A stretch of 64,000 nucleotides of DNA from Paludibacteraceae bacterium (GTDB lineage: Bacteria; Bacteroidota; Bacteroidia; Bacteroidales; Paludibacteraceae): NCBI GenBank assembly GCA_017649635.1, contig JAGCGM010000027.1, forward strand, positions 989 through 64,988, in the 5' to 3' direction. The position numbers and the translations under genes are program-made. The notes below the pieces were generated by a model. It made no database searches. It saw nothing but the letters and a program-made list of their open reading frames with translations, and was not told the origin of the DNA. The first letter of the stretch is position 1; every line of letters starts with the position of its first letter. This document shows, piece by piece, positions 18,375-28,010 of this stretch.

Positions 18375-19097
18375 ATGAATAATGTCAAAATGTCTTTGTT
18401 CGGATTTTTATCTAAAAGTGTGACATTGGCGGATTCCCACGTGTGCAAGGGAATGGTCGACTGCCATTCGCACATCATTCCTGGCGTAGACGATGGAATC
18501 CAAAAGATGGAGGATTCACTCGCAGTGCTCGACTTGTACGAGAAACTGGGAATGAGAGAGTTATATTGCACCCCACACATCATGGAGGATTTCCCGAATT
18601 CCTCGGAGAAATTAAAAGACCGTTTCGCTCAGTTGTGCGATGCCTACAAGGGTAGCATCAAACTACACCTTTCGGCGGAGTATATGATAGATAATCTTTT
18701 GCTCCAACGTTTGTCGGAGAAGGATTTGTTGCCTCATGGTGTGAATGGAGACCATTTGTTGATCGAAACCTCCTACTATTCTTCTCCCGGCTATTTCGAC
18801 GAGGTGGTGGAGAAGGTCAGGTCAATGGGACTTTGGCCCATGCTGGCTCATCCGGAACGCTACAACTACATGGAGAAGGATCGTTACGAGGAGCTGAAAT
18901 CCCAGGGAGTCAAGTTCCAGTTGAACCTACCCGCATTGCTGGGCCGATATGGCGACGATGTTCGGAAAAAAGCCAGTATGCTTTTGAGTAAGGGCATGTA
19001 TGACTTCATTGGTACGGACGTCCATCGTTTCGAGCCGGAATTGGGTCAACGGAATATCAAGAAGAGTGATGTGGAGTTGTTGATGAAGATGAAATGA
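18375..19097 (+). CDS. CpsB/YwqE-type PHP-family protein-tyrosine phosphatase
   Basis: The N-terminal metal-binding motif DCHSHIIPGVDDG plus later AHPERY and GTDVH motifs match Mn-dependent CpsB phosphatases. Confidence 0.8.
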   Translation: MNNVKMSLFGFLSKSVTLADSHVCKGMVDCHSHIIPGVDDGIQKMEDSLAVLDLYEKLGMRELYCTPHIMEDFPNSSEKLKDRFAQLCDAYKGSIKLHLSAEYMIDNLLLQRLSEKDLLPHGVNGDHLLIETSYYSSPGYFDEVVEKVRSMGLWPMLAHPERYNYMEKDRYEELKSQGVKFQLNLPALLGRYGDDVRKKASMLLSKGMYDFIGTDVHRFEPELGQRNIKKSDVELLMKMK

Positions 19098-19144
19098 CGT
19101 GACATTGTGTTTGCCCACATTATAGAATCATTTGAAAATAGAGT

Positions 19145-20254
19145 ATGGATAATAGTTTGATTACCGTCACATCACCGTTGCTCCCTGACTTGGACGAGTT
19201 CTACGGTATGTTGAAGGAAATATGGAATTCCAAGTATATCACCAATAACGGATCTTTCCATAAACAATTAGAGAAAGAGCTGGCCTCCTACCTGAAGGTG
19301 CCTTATGTAAGTCTGTTCACGAACGGCACATTGCCGCTCATCACTGCGTTGCAAGCTCTTCGGGTGACTGGCGAGGTGATTACGACGCCCTATAGCTTTG
19401 TCGCCACCACGCATGCCTTATGGTGGAACGGCATAAAGCCGGTTTTTGTGGATGTGGACCTCAGTACGGGTAATTTGGACCCTGATAAGATCGAAGCAGC
19501 CATTACGCCGAAGACTACCGCCATCATGCCGGTTCATGTCTACGGTAAACCATGCGACACAAAGAAGATCCAGGAAATCGCGGACCGTTACGGTCTGAAA
19601 GTCATCTACGACGCCGCACATGCTTTTGGCGTCGAGGTGAACGGAGAGAGTGTGCTCAATGCGGGAGACATGTCCACGCTTTCGTTCCATGCCACGAAGG
19701 TATACAATACCATTGAGGGTGGTGCGATGATAATGCATGACGAAAAGACAAAGCAACGCATCGACTACTTGAAGAACTTCGGTTTCGCTGGCGAGACGAC
19801 CGTCGTAGGACCGGGCATCAATTCCAAGATGGATGAGGTACGCGCAGCCTACGGTATCCTTAACCTCCGTCAGGTAGACGAGTCGATCGCAGCAAGAAGG
19901 GAAGTGGCGGTCGCATACCGCAAGGCTTTGCGTTCGGTCGAGGGTGTCTCTTTCTTCGATGATATGCCGGGAGTCAAGCATAACTACTCCTATTTCCCTA
20001 TTTTCATCGATGAGAGGAAATACGGAATGAGTCGAGATGACTTGTACATGAAGATGCGAGAAGCGAAAGTTTTGGGTAGGCGCTACTTCTATCCATTGAT
20101 TTCAGAATTCTCCACTTACCGTGGATTAGAGTCCGCCGACCCTAAGAACTTACCGAATGCGCACAAAATGGCCAATACAGTCATTTGCCTGCCGATGCAC
20201 CACACCCTTTCGAAGGAAGACATAAATCGAATCATAGATCAAATCATCAAGTGA
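19145..20254 (+). CDS. DegT/DnrJ/EryC1/StrS-family sugar aminotransferase (WecE-like)
   Basis: PLP-enzyme motifs TTPYSFVATTHAL, DAAHAFG and the Schiff-base lysine in SFHATKVYN. Confidence 0.85.
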   Translation: MDNSLITVTSPLLPDLDEFYGMLKEIWNSKYITNNGSFHKQLEKELASYLKVPYVSLFTNGTLPLITALQALRVTGEVITTPYSFVATTHALWWNGIKPVFVDVDLSTGNLDPDKIEAAITPKTTAIMPVHVYGKPCDTKKIQEIADRYGLKVIYDAAHAFGVEVNGESVLNAGDMSTLSFHATKVYNTIEGGAMIMHDEKTKQRIDYLKNFGFAGETTVVGPGINSKMDEVRAAYGILNLRQVDESIAARREVAVAYRKALRSVEGVSFFDDMPGVKHNYSYFPIFIDERKYGMSRDDLYMKMREAKVLGRRYFYPLISEFSTYRGLESADPKNLPNAHKMANTVICLPMHHTLSKEDINRIIDQIIK

Positions 20255-20302
20255 AAAAGGGACATTACAATGTTCTGATGATATAAATATAAAAGACAAG
20301 AC

Positions 20303-21028
20303 ATGATACTAGCATGCAATCAACCGTATTTTATTCCCTACATCGGATATTGGCAATTGATCAATTGCGCTGACGTTTTTGTGATAGGGGATGATTACGC
20401 TTACATCAATCGGGGATGGGTGAACAGGAACCGCATCTTGAACCAGAATGAACCCATGTATTTCGGGCTGCCGCTGGTTAAGGCTAGCCAAAACAAATAC
20501 ATAAATGAAATTACTCTTGCGGACATGAATTTCGACAAATTGTTGAAGACCATATCCTACAATTATTGCAAAAGCCCGAATTTCCATGAAGGGTTTGACC
20601 TGCTGAAGCGAATATTCGAATGTAAGAATTCTAACTTGGCATACTTCCTCGGCAATTCAATGGAGGTGGTTTGTGATTATTTGAATATAAAGACTCGTTT
20701 ATGTTACTCCTCATCGTTCCCTGAGAACAATCTGTTGAAGAGGGAGTTCCGCATCTACGATTTCTGCGAGAAGACTGGGGCGGACACCTACATCAATTCA
20801 ATAGGCGGCACCGCCTTGTATGATTTCGACGAGTTCAGGAAACGGAACTTGACGCTGAAGTTCATCAAATCCAACGAAGTAACCTATAAACAATTCAACA
20901 ACGAATTCGTGCCTTGGCTTTCTATTCTGGATGTCATCATGTTTAATTCAAGGGATGAGGTGATCCGTATGTTGAATGAATATAAATTGATTGATAATAA
21001 AAACGATATACCGGCCGCCCACGTGTGA
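20303..21028 (+). CDS. WbqC-family protein
   Basis: The N-terminus NQPYFIPYIGYWQLINCADVFVIGDDYAYINRGWVNRNRI is the hallmark of the WbqC family seen in O-antigen/capsule clusters. Confidence 0.75.
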   Translation: MILACNQPYFIPYIGYWQLINCADVFVIGDDYAYINRGWVNRNRILNQNEPMYFGLPLVKASQNKYINEITLADMNFDKLLKTISYNYCKSPNFHEGFDLLKRIFECKNSNLAYFLGNSMEVVCDYLNIKTRLCYSSSFPENNLLKREFRIYDFCEKTGADTYINSIGGTALYDFDEFRKRNLTLKFIKSNEVTYKQFNNEFVPWLSILDVIMFNSRDEVIRMLNEYKLIDNKNDIPAAHV

Positions 21029-21089
21029 AACGGACAATGACTCATCAACTCGTTGTCTGACTGCAACAAGGTTCCGTTTTTAAGGATTT

Positions 21090-22154
21090 ATGGAGAACAA
21101 TAAAGACATCTACTTCGCACCAGTGTTGATTCCGACGTTGTGTCGGTCGAAACACTTCATCAGATTGATGGAGAGCCTGAAAAGCAACACATGGGCTAAA
21201 TATACGGATGTGTATGTCGGTCTGGACTATCCTCCGTCAGAGAAGTATCGACAGGGATGGCAGGAGATATGCGACTATGTGGATAATGGCGATTTCTCAT
21301 GTTTCGCCAAGTTTGTAGTGTTCAAACGTACAGAGAACTACGGTAGCGCAAGGAACGCCTCCCATTTGATAGAATATGCCTATGAACACTATCCATGTTG
21401 GATCCGTACGGATGATGACGTGGAGTTCTCTCCGAACTTTTTGGAGTTTGAGGATAAATGTCTGTGGGAATATCGGAATGATCCGGACGTGATGTTCGTG
21501 TCGGGTTACTCCTATCCAATCAAATGGAAGGCCAACGAGGGGGCGACATGCTTCAAGCAGAACTTCACGTTGTCCGCTTGGGGATTAGGCTTTTGGGCGT
21601 CAAAAAAGGAGATATATTCCTCTTATATCAAGTCCGGTAAGATGTTGAGGGATGCGGGAAACATCGTGAAGAAGAAATATTACGAGCGGATGATCGACTC
21701 ATGTTTCCGTGACTATTTCTCGTCAGCCCTCTCTTATGGCAGCCAGACCTCATTGCTCTTGATTTGTTCCGATGTGGCGCTCAGGGCATATCTTGCCTGC
21801 CAAAACAAATATTGCATCACACCGGTCATCTCTAAAGCCAGGAATTACGGTTTCGACGGCTCAGGTGAGTATTGCACTGCGATAGAGGGGAATGGAGAGC
21901 ATGCGCTCGACTACAATTATTCCTCCCAAGAGATCGACACATCCACGGAATTCAGGTTCGAACCGGACGATTCGCTCCGTTATATGGAGGAGAATAAACA
22001 AGCCTTGAATGCGTTCGATTATCGCTCGCCGGAAGAAATGAAACTTGCGAATAATAATTTTCGGTTAATCAAACGTTATGGGTTGACATTGGCCAAAGTA
22101 ATCCATGGACTGGAGACTTTCTTGGAAAATAAACTACACCTATTTAAGTCATGA
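21090..22154 (+). CDS. Putative GT-A fold glycosyltransferase
   Basis: APVLIPTLCRSKHF...VGLDYPP...TDDDVEF resembles a GT2-like nucleotide-sugar binding region with a DxD. Lies between sugar-modification and GT genes. Confidence 0.5.
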   Translation: MENNKDIYFAPVLIPTLCRSKHFIRLMESLKSNTWAKYTDVYVGLDYPPSEKYRQGWQEICDYVDNGDFSCFAKFVVFKRTENYGSARNASHLIEYAYEHYPCWIRTDDDVEFSPNFLEFEDKCLWEYRNDPDVMFVSGYSYPIKWKANEGATCFKQNFTLSAWGLGFWASKKEIYSSYIKSGKMLRDAGNIVKKKYYERMIDSCFRDYFSSALSYGSQTSLLLICSDVALRAYLACQNKYCITPVISKARNYGFDGSGEYCTAIEGNGEHALDYNYSSQEIDTSTEFRFEPDDSLRYMEENKQALNAFDYRSPEEMKLANNNFRLIKRYGLTLAKVIHGLETFLENKLHLFKS

Positions 22155-22951
22155 TTCCCAAGATCATACATTACTGTTGGTTTGGTCATAATCCATTGCC
22201 TGAATTGGCGGTTCGTTGCATCGAATCATGGCGGAAATTCCTTCCGGACTATGAAATCAAGGTTTGGAACGAAGATAATTTTGACGTGAATATGGTCTCT
22301 TATACCAAGGAAGCCTATGCACAGAAAAAGTATGCCTTCGTGAGCGATTATGCACGTTTTTGGATTCTGTATAACTTCGGAGGATTGTATTTTGACACGG
22401 ATGTCGAGATAATCAAGCCCATGGATGCAGTTATCGACAGAGGTCCTTTTATGGGGTGCGAACAAGATTATATGCCGACACCTAATGGCACTATCGCACG
22501 GGGGAACGGTGTCGCGGTCAACCCGGGATTAGGTATTGGAGCGGAAGCTGGATTGCCACTCTACAAGGAGATTTTGGACAATTACACCAAAATTCAATTC
22601 CTGCATGCGGATGGTAGCCTGAATCTGAAAACTGTTGTTGCATACACCACGGAACTTTTGATTTCGAAAGGACTGGAAGTGAAAAGTGACACACAATGTG
22701 TGGAGGGAATATACATCTATCCGAAAGAATATTTCGGCCCGAAGGATTATCTGACCAACGAGGTGAATGTCACGGAAAACACACTGACCATACACCACTA
22801 CAACGCAAGTTGGAGGGATCAATCGATATGGAGTCGTATGTATGAGGGTTTCAAAAACGGATTTCTTCTACGTTGCATGCCAGCCGGAGTGGTGAACAAA
22901 ATCCTGCAATTGAAGGAACGAAAAAGAGAAACCGGTTCATATTTTAATTGA
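22151..22951 (+). CDS. GT32-like glycosyltransferase (DXD sugar-binding region)
   Basis: IPKIIHYCWFG...AFVSDYARFWILYNFGGLYFDTDVE is the Gly_transf_sug/GT32 signature. ATGA overlap with the preceding gene. Confidence 0.8.
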   Translation: MIPKIIHYCWFGHNPLPELAVRCIESWRKFLPDYEIKVWNEDNFDVNMVSYTKEAYAQKKYAFVSDYARFWILYNFGGLYFDTDVEIIKPMDAVIDRGPFMGCEQDYMPTPNGTIARGNGVAVNPGLGIGAEAGLPLYKEILDNYTKIQFLHADGSLNLKTVVAYTTELLISKGLEVKSDTQCVEGIYIYPKEYFGPKDYLTNEVNVTENTLTIHHYNASWRDQSIWSRMYEGFKNGFLLRCMPAGVVNKILQLKERKRETGSYFN

Positions 22952-22961
22952 TAAGCGAAAT

Positions 22962-24077
22962 ATGTTTCTTGCCTATTACGTCTATAATGTATTGCTGGTT
23001 GTCCTGATTTTTCTGGCCTACCAGTATGCGATGACAAACAAAAGGGGATATGCATACATGATTATCGCCATCTTCACACTGGTGATTGGACTGCGATACC
23101 ATGTGGGCGACGACTACCTTTCCTACAAGGCGTTTTTCTCCAACCCTAAACTCTTTCCAAAGATGGAGTACGGGTTCACTAATGTCTGTAAGTTCTTCCA
23201 CTACTTGGAGTTCCATTACAGCACGATATTCTTGTTGGTGGCATGTCTGGAGATTTATTTCTTTGTCAGGACATTCCAGAAATTCAAGTTCACATTGCCG
23301 TGGGCTTTCTTTTTCCTGTTCACCACATTGGAACTCTTCATTTGGAACAATGCCTTGAGGCAAAGTGTAGCCTTTTGCATATTCATGTACTCCATACGAT
23401 TTATCCAGGAACGAAGACTGATACCCTTTGCGATACTCATCGTTTTGGCCGGATCCGTCCATAAAACCGCCTATCCGCTTGGCGTCTTCTATTTCTTGCT
23501 GAATTATAAGGTGAAGGATGGCAAGGTGTTACAATATTCGCTCTTCTTCGCCTCGTTCATCATGGGTGCGCTCCTGAAGGACTTCATATTCGCCAACATA
23601 GGCACTTTGGCTGGCGCCATTGGTTTCGGTGAGACAACGAACAACATGGATTACCTGAAAACATTGGACTGGTCCAACAGCAAGAATTCCATGGGTATCG
23701 CCACCTTGATTTGGCTCACACTCGACATCATGGTTATATGGATGTACGACAAATTGAAGAATTTGTATAGTCATGTGGGGTTCGAACTCTATTATAAACT
23801 CTACTTCATTGGAATCCTCCTGCAAAACTGTATCGGAGGAACATATCTGGACCGTGTGAACATGTACTTCCTGCCGTTCCGTATCGTCATTTATTCGTTC
23901 TTCATGTATGAATTGGCGAAGAAAAAGGATGTGTTGTATAGAGCTCCAATCATCGTGTTTTGCACCCTTACCTATGCGCTATGCATGTGGGCGGTCTACA
24001 ACCATGCGGCGACATGTTCCCCGTATGAGTTCGTTGATTTGAACACAATTCCGGAACAGCAAACATTCTTTGACTAA
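22962..24077 (+). CDS. wzy: EpsG-family polysaccharide polymerase (Wzy-like)
   Basis: About 10 TM helices. The early LRYHVGDDYLSYKAFF motif resembles the EpsG family. Confidence 0.7.
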   Translation: MFLAYYVYNVLLVVLIFLAYQYAMTNKRGYAYMIIAIFTLVIGLRYHVGDDYLSYKAFFSNPKLFPKMEYGFTNVCKFFHYLEFHYSTIFLLVACLEIYFFVRTFQKFKFTLPWAFFFLFTTLELFIWNNALRQSVAFCIFMYSIRFIQERRLIPFAILIVLAGSVHKTAYPLGVFYFLLNYKVKDGKVLQYSLFFASFIMGALLKDFIFANIGTLAGAIGFGETTNNMDYLKTLDWSNSKNSMGIATLIWLTLDIMVIWMYDKLKNLYSHVGFELYYKLYFIGILLQNCIGGTYLDRVNMYFLPFRIVIYSFFMYELAKKKDVLYRAPIIVFCTLTYALCMWAVYNHAATCSPYEFVDLNTIPEQQTFFD

Positions 24078-24089
24078 CATCTATTCGCT

Positions 24090-25034
24090 ATGTTTCTTTC
24101 AATCATAATGCCATCATATAATGTCGAACAATACATCGAGGATTGTTTGACAAGTTGTCTTCGACAGGAAATAGACAAGACTGAATATGAGGTGATTGTA
24201 ATCAATGACGGATCTAAGGATTCGACGTTGGATGTGGTGAACTCATTCATCGAGAAACATCCGACAGCTCCTATTCGTGTGGTCAGCCAAGAAAACAGTG
24301 GTTTGAGCGCCACCCGAAACAGAGGCGTCACGCTTGCCCAAGGGGATTATGTTTGGTTTGTGGACAGCGACGACTGGATCACGGAGAATTGCCTTAAGGA
24401 ACTCCACAACAATATCACCAAACATAACCAACCAGATATTGTGGTCTTGAATACTATCCTGAGGAAAGGAGGAGAGGACACAGTGATTGATAGGAAATTG
24501 TCTTCCGACAAAGAAGGGAGCGGCAAATATATTTACGACAATTCCTATATCTTTCCTTATAGTGGTGCCCCTTTTTACTTATTCAAACGTAGCTTCTTGA
24601 AAGATAACGATCTGTCGTTCAAAGAGGGCATATACTTTGAGGATTGCCTATTCACGCCATCGGCATTGAGCATGGCAAAACATTGTAGCTACTATTCCCA
24701 ACCAGTCTATATCTATAGATTAAGGGAAAATTCCATTACGACCTCCTCCATTTCGGAGAAGAAACTCTATGACTCCATCACCGTGGCGGAGGAGCTGATC
24801 AAGAGGCTAGGGGATGGGCGTGTCTTATACAAGGATGTGATCAAAGATGCGGCTTGCAGAACCTATGAGGTTTTGTTTCGTTACTATATATTGAAGTCGG
24901 ACAAACCCACACAGAAGAAATTCCTTAAACTCGTCAACTCCAACGACAATTGGAAGTCATTGTTGGGGGATGTTCGCTTAAAGCATGTGATCTACTATCT
25001 CATCGCCAGGGTCTATTCTGTTTTCATGGGGTAA
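24090..25034 (+). CDS. Glycosyltransferase family 2
   Basis: LSIIMPSYNVEQYIEDCLTSCLRQ...VIVINDGSKDST...VDSDDW. Confidence 0.85.
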   Translation: MFLSIIMPSYNVEQYIEDCLTSCLRQEIDKTEYEVIVINDGSKDSTLDVVNSFIEKHPTAPIRVVSQENSGLSATRNRGVTLAQGDYVWFVDSDDWITENCLKELHNNITKHNQPDIVVLNTILRKGGEDTVIDRKLSSDKEGSGKYIYDNSYIFPYSGAPFYLFKRSFLKDNDLSFKEGIYFEDCLFTPSALSMAKHCSYYSQPVYIYRLRENSITTSSISEKKLYDSITVAEELIKRLGDGRVLYKDVIKDAACRTYEVLFRYYILKSDKPTQKKFLKLVNSNDNWKSLLGDVRLKHVIYYLIARVYSVFMG

Positions 25035-25052
25035 ATAAAGTGATTTTATCGA

Positions 25053-26141
25053 ATGAAGATCGCCGCATTTCATTTGTTCAACGATTATTCGGGCAGTCCA
25101 AAAGTACTGAAACTGGTTTTGTCCGGTCTCATCCGTAAAGGGTGTCCGATAGATCTACTCACCTCGAGGGGAGGGGTTTTGGACGAACTACGGGGCGAAC
25201 AGTTACGCCAATATCGGTACAGTTACCATTTCTCCACTAATCCTATGGTCACTACGCTACGGTACACGTATGCGCAAATCTATATGTTCTTCTTCTCGTT
25301 GCGCTACCTTTTCAAGAAGGATGTTGTTTTTTACATCAATACCATACTTCCTATAGGAGCTGCATTGTCGGGACGAATGATGGGGAAACGGGTCATATAC
25401 CATTACCATGAGAACTCTTTTGCAAAAAGCGGATTTTACCGTAAGTTAGCAGGAGCTATGGTTCGGCTCGCTTCCGACATAATATGTGTTTCGGAGTTTC
25501 AAAAGTCCCATCTGAACAGGAAAGAGAACGTTTATGTCGTTCCCAACGCATTGTCGGACGCATTTGTGGAGCAATTCAAATTCGATTCCGAGAAAGCATT
25601 CTCCAAACAATGTGTGTTGATGGTCGCATCGTTAAAGAAATACAAAGGAGTTCTCCAATTCTGTGAGTTGGCCAACCGGCTCCCCCAATTCAACTTCTCA
25701 ATGGTGTTGAATGACTCTCAGGAAACGATAGATCTCTTCGTGAAAGAAAATAACATCACAATGGGGACGAACCTCAAACTCTTCCCTAGGCAGGACAATG
25801 TAGCTCCGTTTTACGCGAACGCCTCCATGGTCTTGAATCTGACGGATGCGAACATGGCGGTGGAGACATTCGGCCTAACCGCATTGGAGGCGATGTCCGC
25901 CGGACTCCCGGTTATCGTACCGACCCGCGGAGGTGTCGCCGAATTGGTGGAGGATGGAGTCAACGGCTATAAGATAGACGTAAGTGAATTGGATAAAATA
26001 GAAAGGAAGATAGCAGAGATATTGACAGATTACACGATGTACGAATCTCTGTCAAAATCCGCATTTGAGAAATCGAAAAATTACTCGGAAGAATCAATCA
26101 ATGAGATGATCTCAACGATTGTTTGGATTGAAAATAATTAG
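25053..26141 (+). CDS. Glycosyltransferase family 4 (GT-B)
   Basis: C-terminal ETFGLTALEAMSAGLPVIVPTRGGVAELVEDGVNGY (E-x7-E region). Confidence 0.85.
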   Translation: MKIAAFHLFNDYSGSPKVLKLVLSGLIRKGCPIDLLTSRGGVLDELRGEQLRQYRYSYHFSTNPMVTTLRYTYAQIYMFFFSLRYLFKKDVVFYINTILPIGAALSGRMMGKRVIYHYHENSFAKSGFYRKLAGAMVRLASDIICVSEFQKSHLNRKENVYVVPNALSDAFVEQFKFDSEKAFSKQCVLMVASLKKYKGVLQFCELANRLPQFNFSMVLNDSQETIDLFVKENNITMGTNLKLFPRQDNVAPFYANASMVLNLTDANMAVETFGLTALEAMSAGLPVIVPTRGGVAELVEDGVNGYKIDVSELDKIERKIAEILTDYTMYESLSKSAFEKSKNYSEESINEMISTIVWIENN

Positions 26142-26150
26142 TATTACACA

Positions 26151-27215
26151 ATGAAACAAGTTGCGATAGTGGGATGTCAGGGTATTCCTGCCAATTATGG
26201 CGGATTCGAGTCCATGGTGGAGAACATCGTGGGGGAGAATGCGTCATCGGATGTCCATTATACCGTATTCTGTAGCGGGGTAGACATGCCAGGAAGGCTG
26301 CATGAGTACAAAGGTTGCACATTGAAGTACATAAATGTGAAGGCCAATGGTATGTTGAGTGTGGTGTATGACATATTCTGTATGATGCATACATTTAGAG
26401 GGTATGACACGGTTCTGGTGTTAGGAGTGTCCGGGTGTATGTTCCTCCCGGTTCTTAAGATGTTCAGCAAGAACCGTTTGGTTGTGAACATTGACGGATT
26501 AGAGCATAAAAGGGCCAAATGGGGTTGGTTCGCTCGTTGGATCCTCCGTTCTTCCGAAAAATTGGCGGTGAAATGCGCTGATGTGATCATCGCCGACAAT
26601 AAGGGCATCCAAGACTATGTGAGTGAAGTGTATGCCAAACCATCCACGTTGATCGCCTATGGTGGTGATCATGTGATTCGGGAAATAGAGGAGGAGAAAA
26701 AAGAAAAGATACTATCCGACTATGGGTTGAAGAAACAGGATTATGCGGTGTGTGTCTGCAGAATCGAACCCGAGAACAATTGCCACATCTCATTGGAGGC
26801 ATTCTCCAAAAGCGACAAAAAGATTGTGTTCATCGGCAACTGGAACCACAGCGAATACTCCAAGAGGCTAAAGAAACAATACGCTTCGTACCCTAATATC
26901 CATTTGTTGGATGCGATATATGATTTGGATATCCTCTATGTCATCCGTTCCAATGCATCCATCTATGTACATGGACATAGCGCAGGAGGCACAAATCCGT
27001 CCCTGGTGGAAGCGATGTTCTTCGGAATGCCGATTGTGGCTTATGATTGCGTCTACAACCGCGCCACGACGCATGACAAGGCATATTACTTCAAAGACAC
27101 GGCGGATTTGATGGGGTTGTTAAGCAACGATCTGGATGGCTCTTCTATGCGTTCCATCGCGGAAAAGAACTATATGTGGAAGGATATCGCCCTACAATAC
27201 GAACAGACATACTGA
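26151..27215 (+). CDS. DUF1972-type GT-B glycosyltransferase (WchF-like)
   Basis: The N-terminus VAIVGCQGIPANYGGFESMVENIVG is typical of the DUF1972 N-terminal domain fused to a GT1/GT4 C-terminal domain. Confidence 0.75.
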   Translation: MKQVAIVGCQGIPANYGGFESMVENIVGENASSDVHYTVFCSGVDMPGRLHEYKGCTLKYINVKANGMLSVVYDIFCMMHTFRGYDTVLVLGVSGCMFLPVLKMFSKNRLVVNIDGLEHKRAKWGWFARWILRSSEKLAVKCADVIIADNKGIQDYVSEVYAKPSTLIAYGGDHVIREIEEEKKEKILSDYGLKKQDYAVCVCRIEPENNCHISLEAFSKSDKKIVFIGNWNHSEYSKRLKKQYASYPNIHLLDAIYDLDILYVIRSNASIYVHGHSAGGTNPSLVEAMFFGMPIVAYDCVYNRATTHDKAYYFKDTADLMGLLSNDLDGSSMRSIAEKNYMWKDIALQYEQTY

Positions 27216-27340
27216 TTCGATAACAGAATGAGACATCCCTGTTTTACGATAGATAAATTTTTAGAATATAGATTATAGTTTGACTAATATTTATTATTCT
27301 TTTTTTGTTCCTGACTCATTTTGAATAAAGTTTTTTTGCT

Positions 27341-27348
27341 TAATTTTG
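27341..27348 (+). promoter_or_regulatory. Candidate -7 box TAATTTTG for capsule locus 2
   Basis: Exact TAnnTTTG match 98 nt upstream of the UpxY start, leaving a leader of about 90 nt. Confidence 0.4.
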
Positions 27349-27446
27349 TGGGATAATGGCTGTACAAGCAGAAAATGACATTGAATTTTCTCATAGGAAG
27401 TCATTACGCAAGTTGTAAGTAGAGATGGATAAATGAGCAGAGAGGA

Positions 27447-27980
27447 ATGAGTAATACGAGAGAGTTCGGATGGTTTGCCGTGAACGTTTTTTTTAACCGG
27501 GTCACGAGAATGTCGGCTGTATTGGATGAGGATGAAGTCCAATATTACGTGCCGATGAAGACGGTTGAATTGTTCAGGGACGGCCAAAAGATTTATCAAC
27601 AGAAGCAGCTAGTCACCTCCCTCTTGTTCCTGAAATGCGATAAAATGTACCTCACCCAATTGAAGGAGAAGTTTGGGGATGCGTTTTATGTATATTCTGA
27701 TGTGGAGACGAAACAACCAAGGGTCATCCCTGACAAAGAGATGGATTCGTTCATATTGGTGACGTCAGTCGGAGATATGGGGCTTGAGCTTCTTCCGAAA
27801 GGTGATGTGGAATGTAAGATCGGGGACCACGTGAGGGTCATCGATGGGGTTTTCAAAGGTGCGGAAGGCTACGTGAAGAGGATTCAAGGAAGAAAACGTC
27901 TGATAGTTTCCATAGAAGGGATTGCGGTAGTTGCCACCTCCTATATTCCTCGGTCTTTTTTGGAAAAACTGGATGATTGA
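27447..27980 (+). CDS. upxY: UpxY-family (NusG-like) capsule-locus transcription antiterminator
   Basis: NGN-like N-terminus (WFAVNVFFNR) and KOW motif (GDHVRVIDGVFKGAEGYVKRI). It is the first gene of a capsule locus, as in Bacteroides. Confidence 0.85.
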   Translation: MSNTREFGWFAVNVFFNRVTRMSAVLDEDEVQYYVPMKTVELFRDGQKIYQQKQLVTSLLFLKCDKMYLTQLKEKFGDAFYVYSDVETKQPRVIPDKEMDSFILVTSVGDMGLELLPKGDVECKIGDHVRVIDGVFKGAEGYVKRIQGRKRLIVSIEGIAVVATSYIPRSFLEKLDD

Positions 27981-28010
27981 ATTAGAACATAGATTATAAA
28001 ACATAGTTGC

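Noticed and set aside
27216-27446. An invertible (phase-variable) promoter upstream of upxY, as in B. fragilis capsule loci.
   Set aside because: Reading both strands, I found no inverted repeat pair flanking the candidate promoter. A computational inverted-repeat search is needed to be certain.
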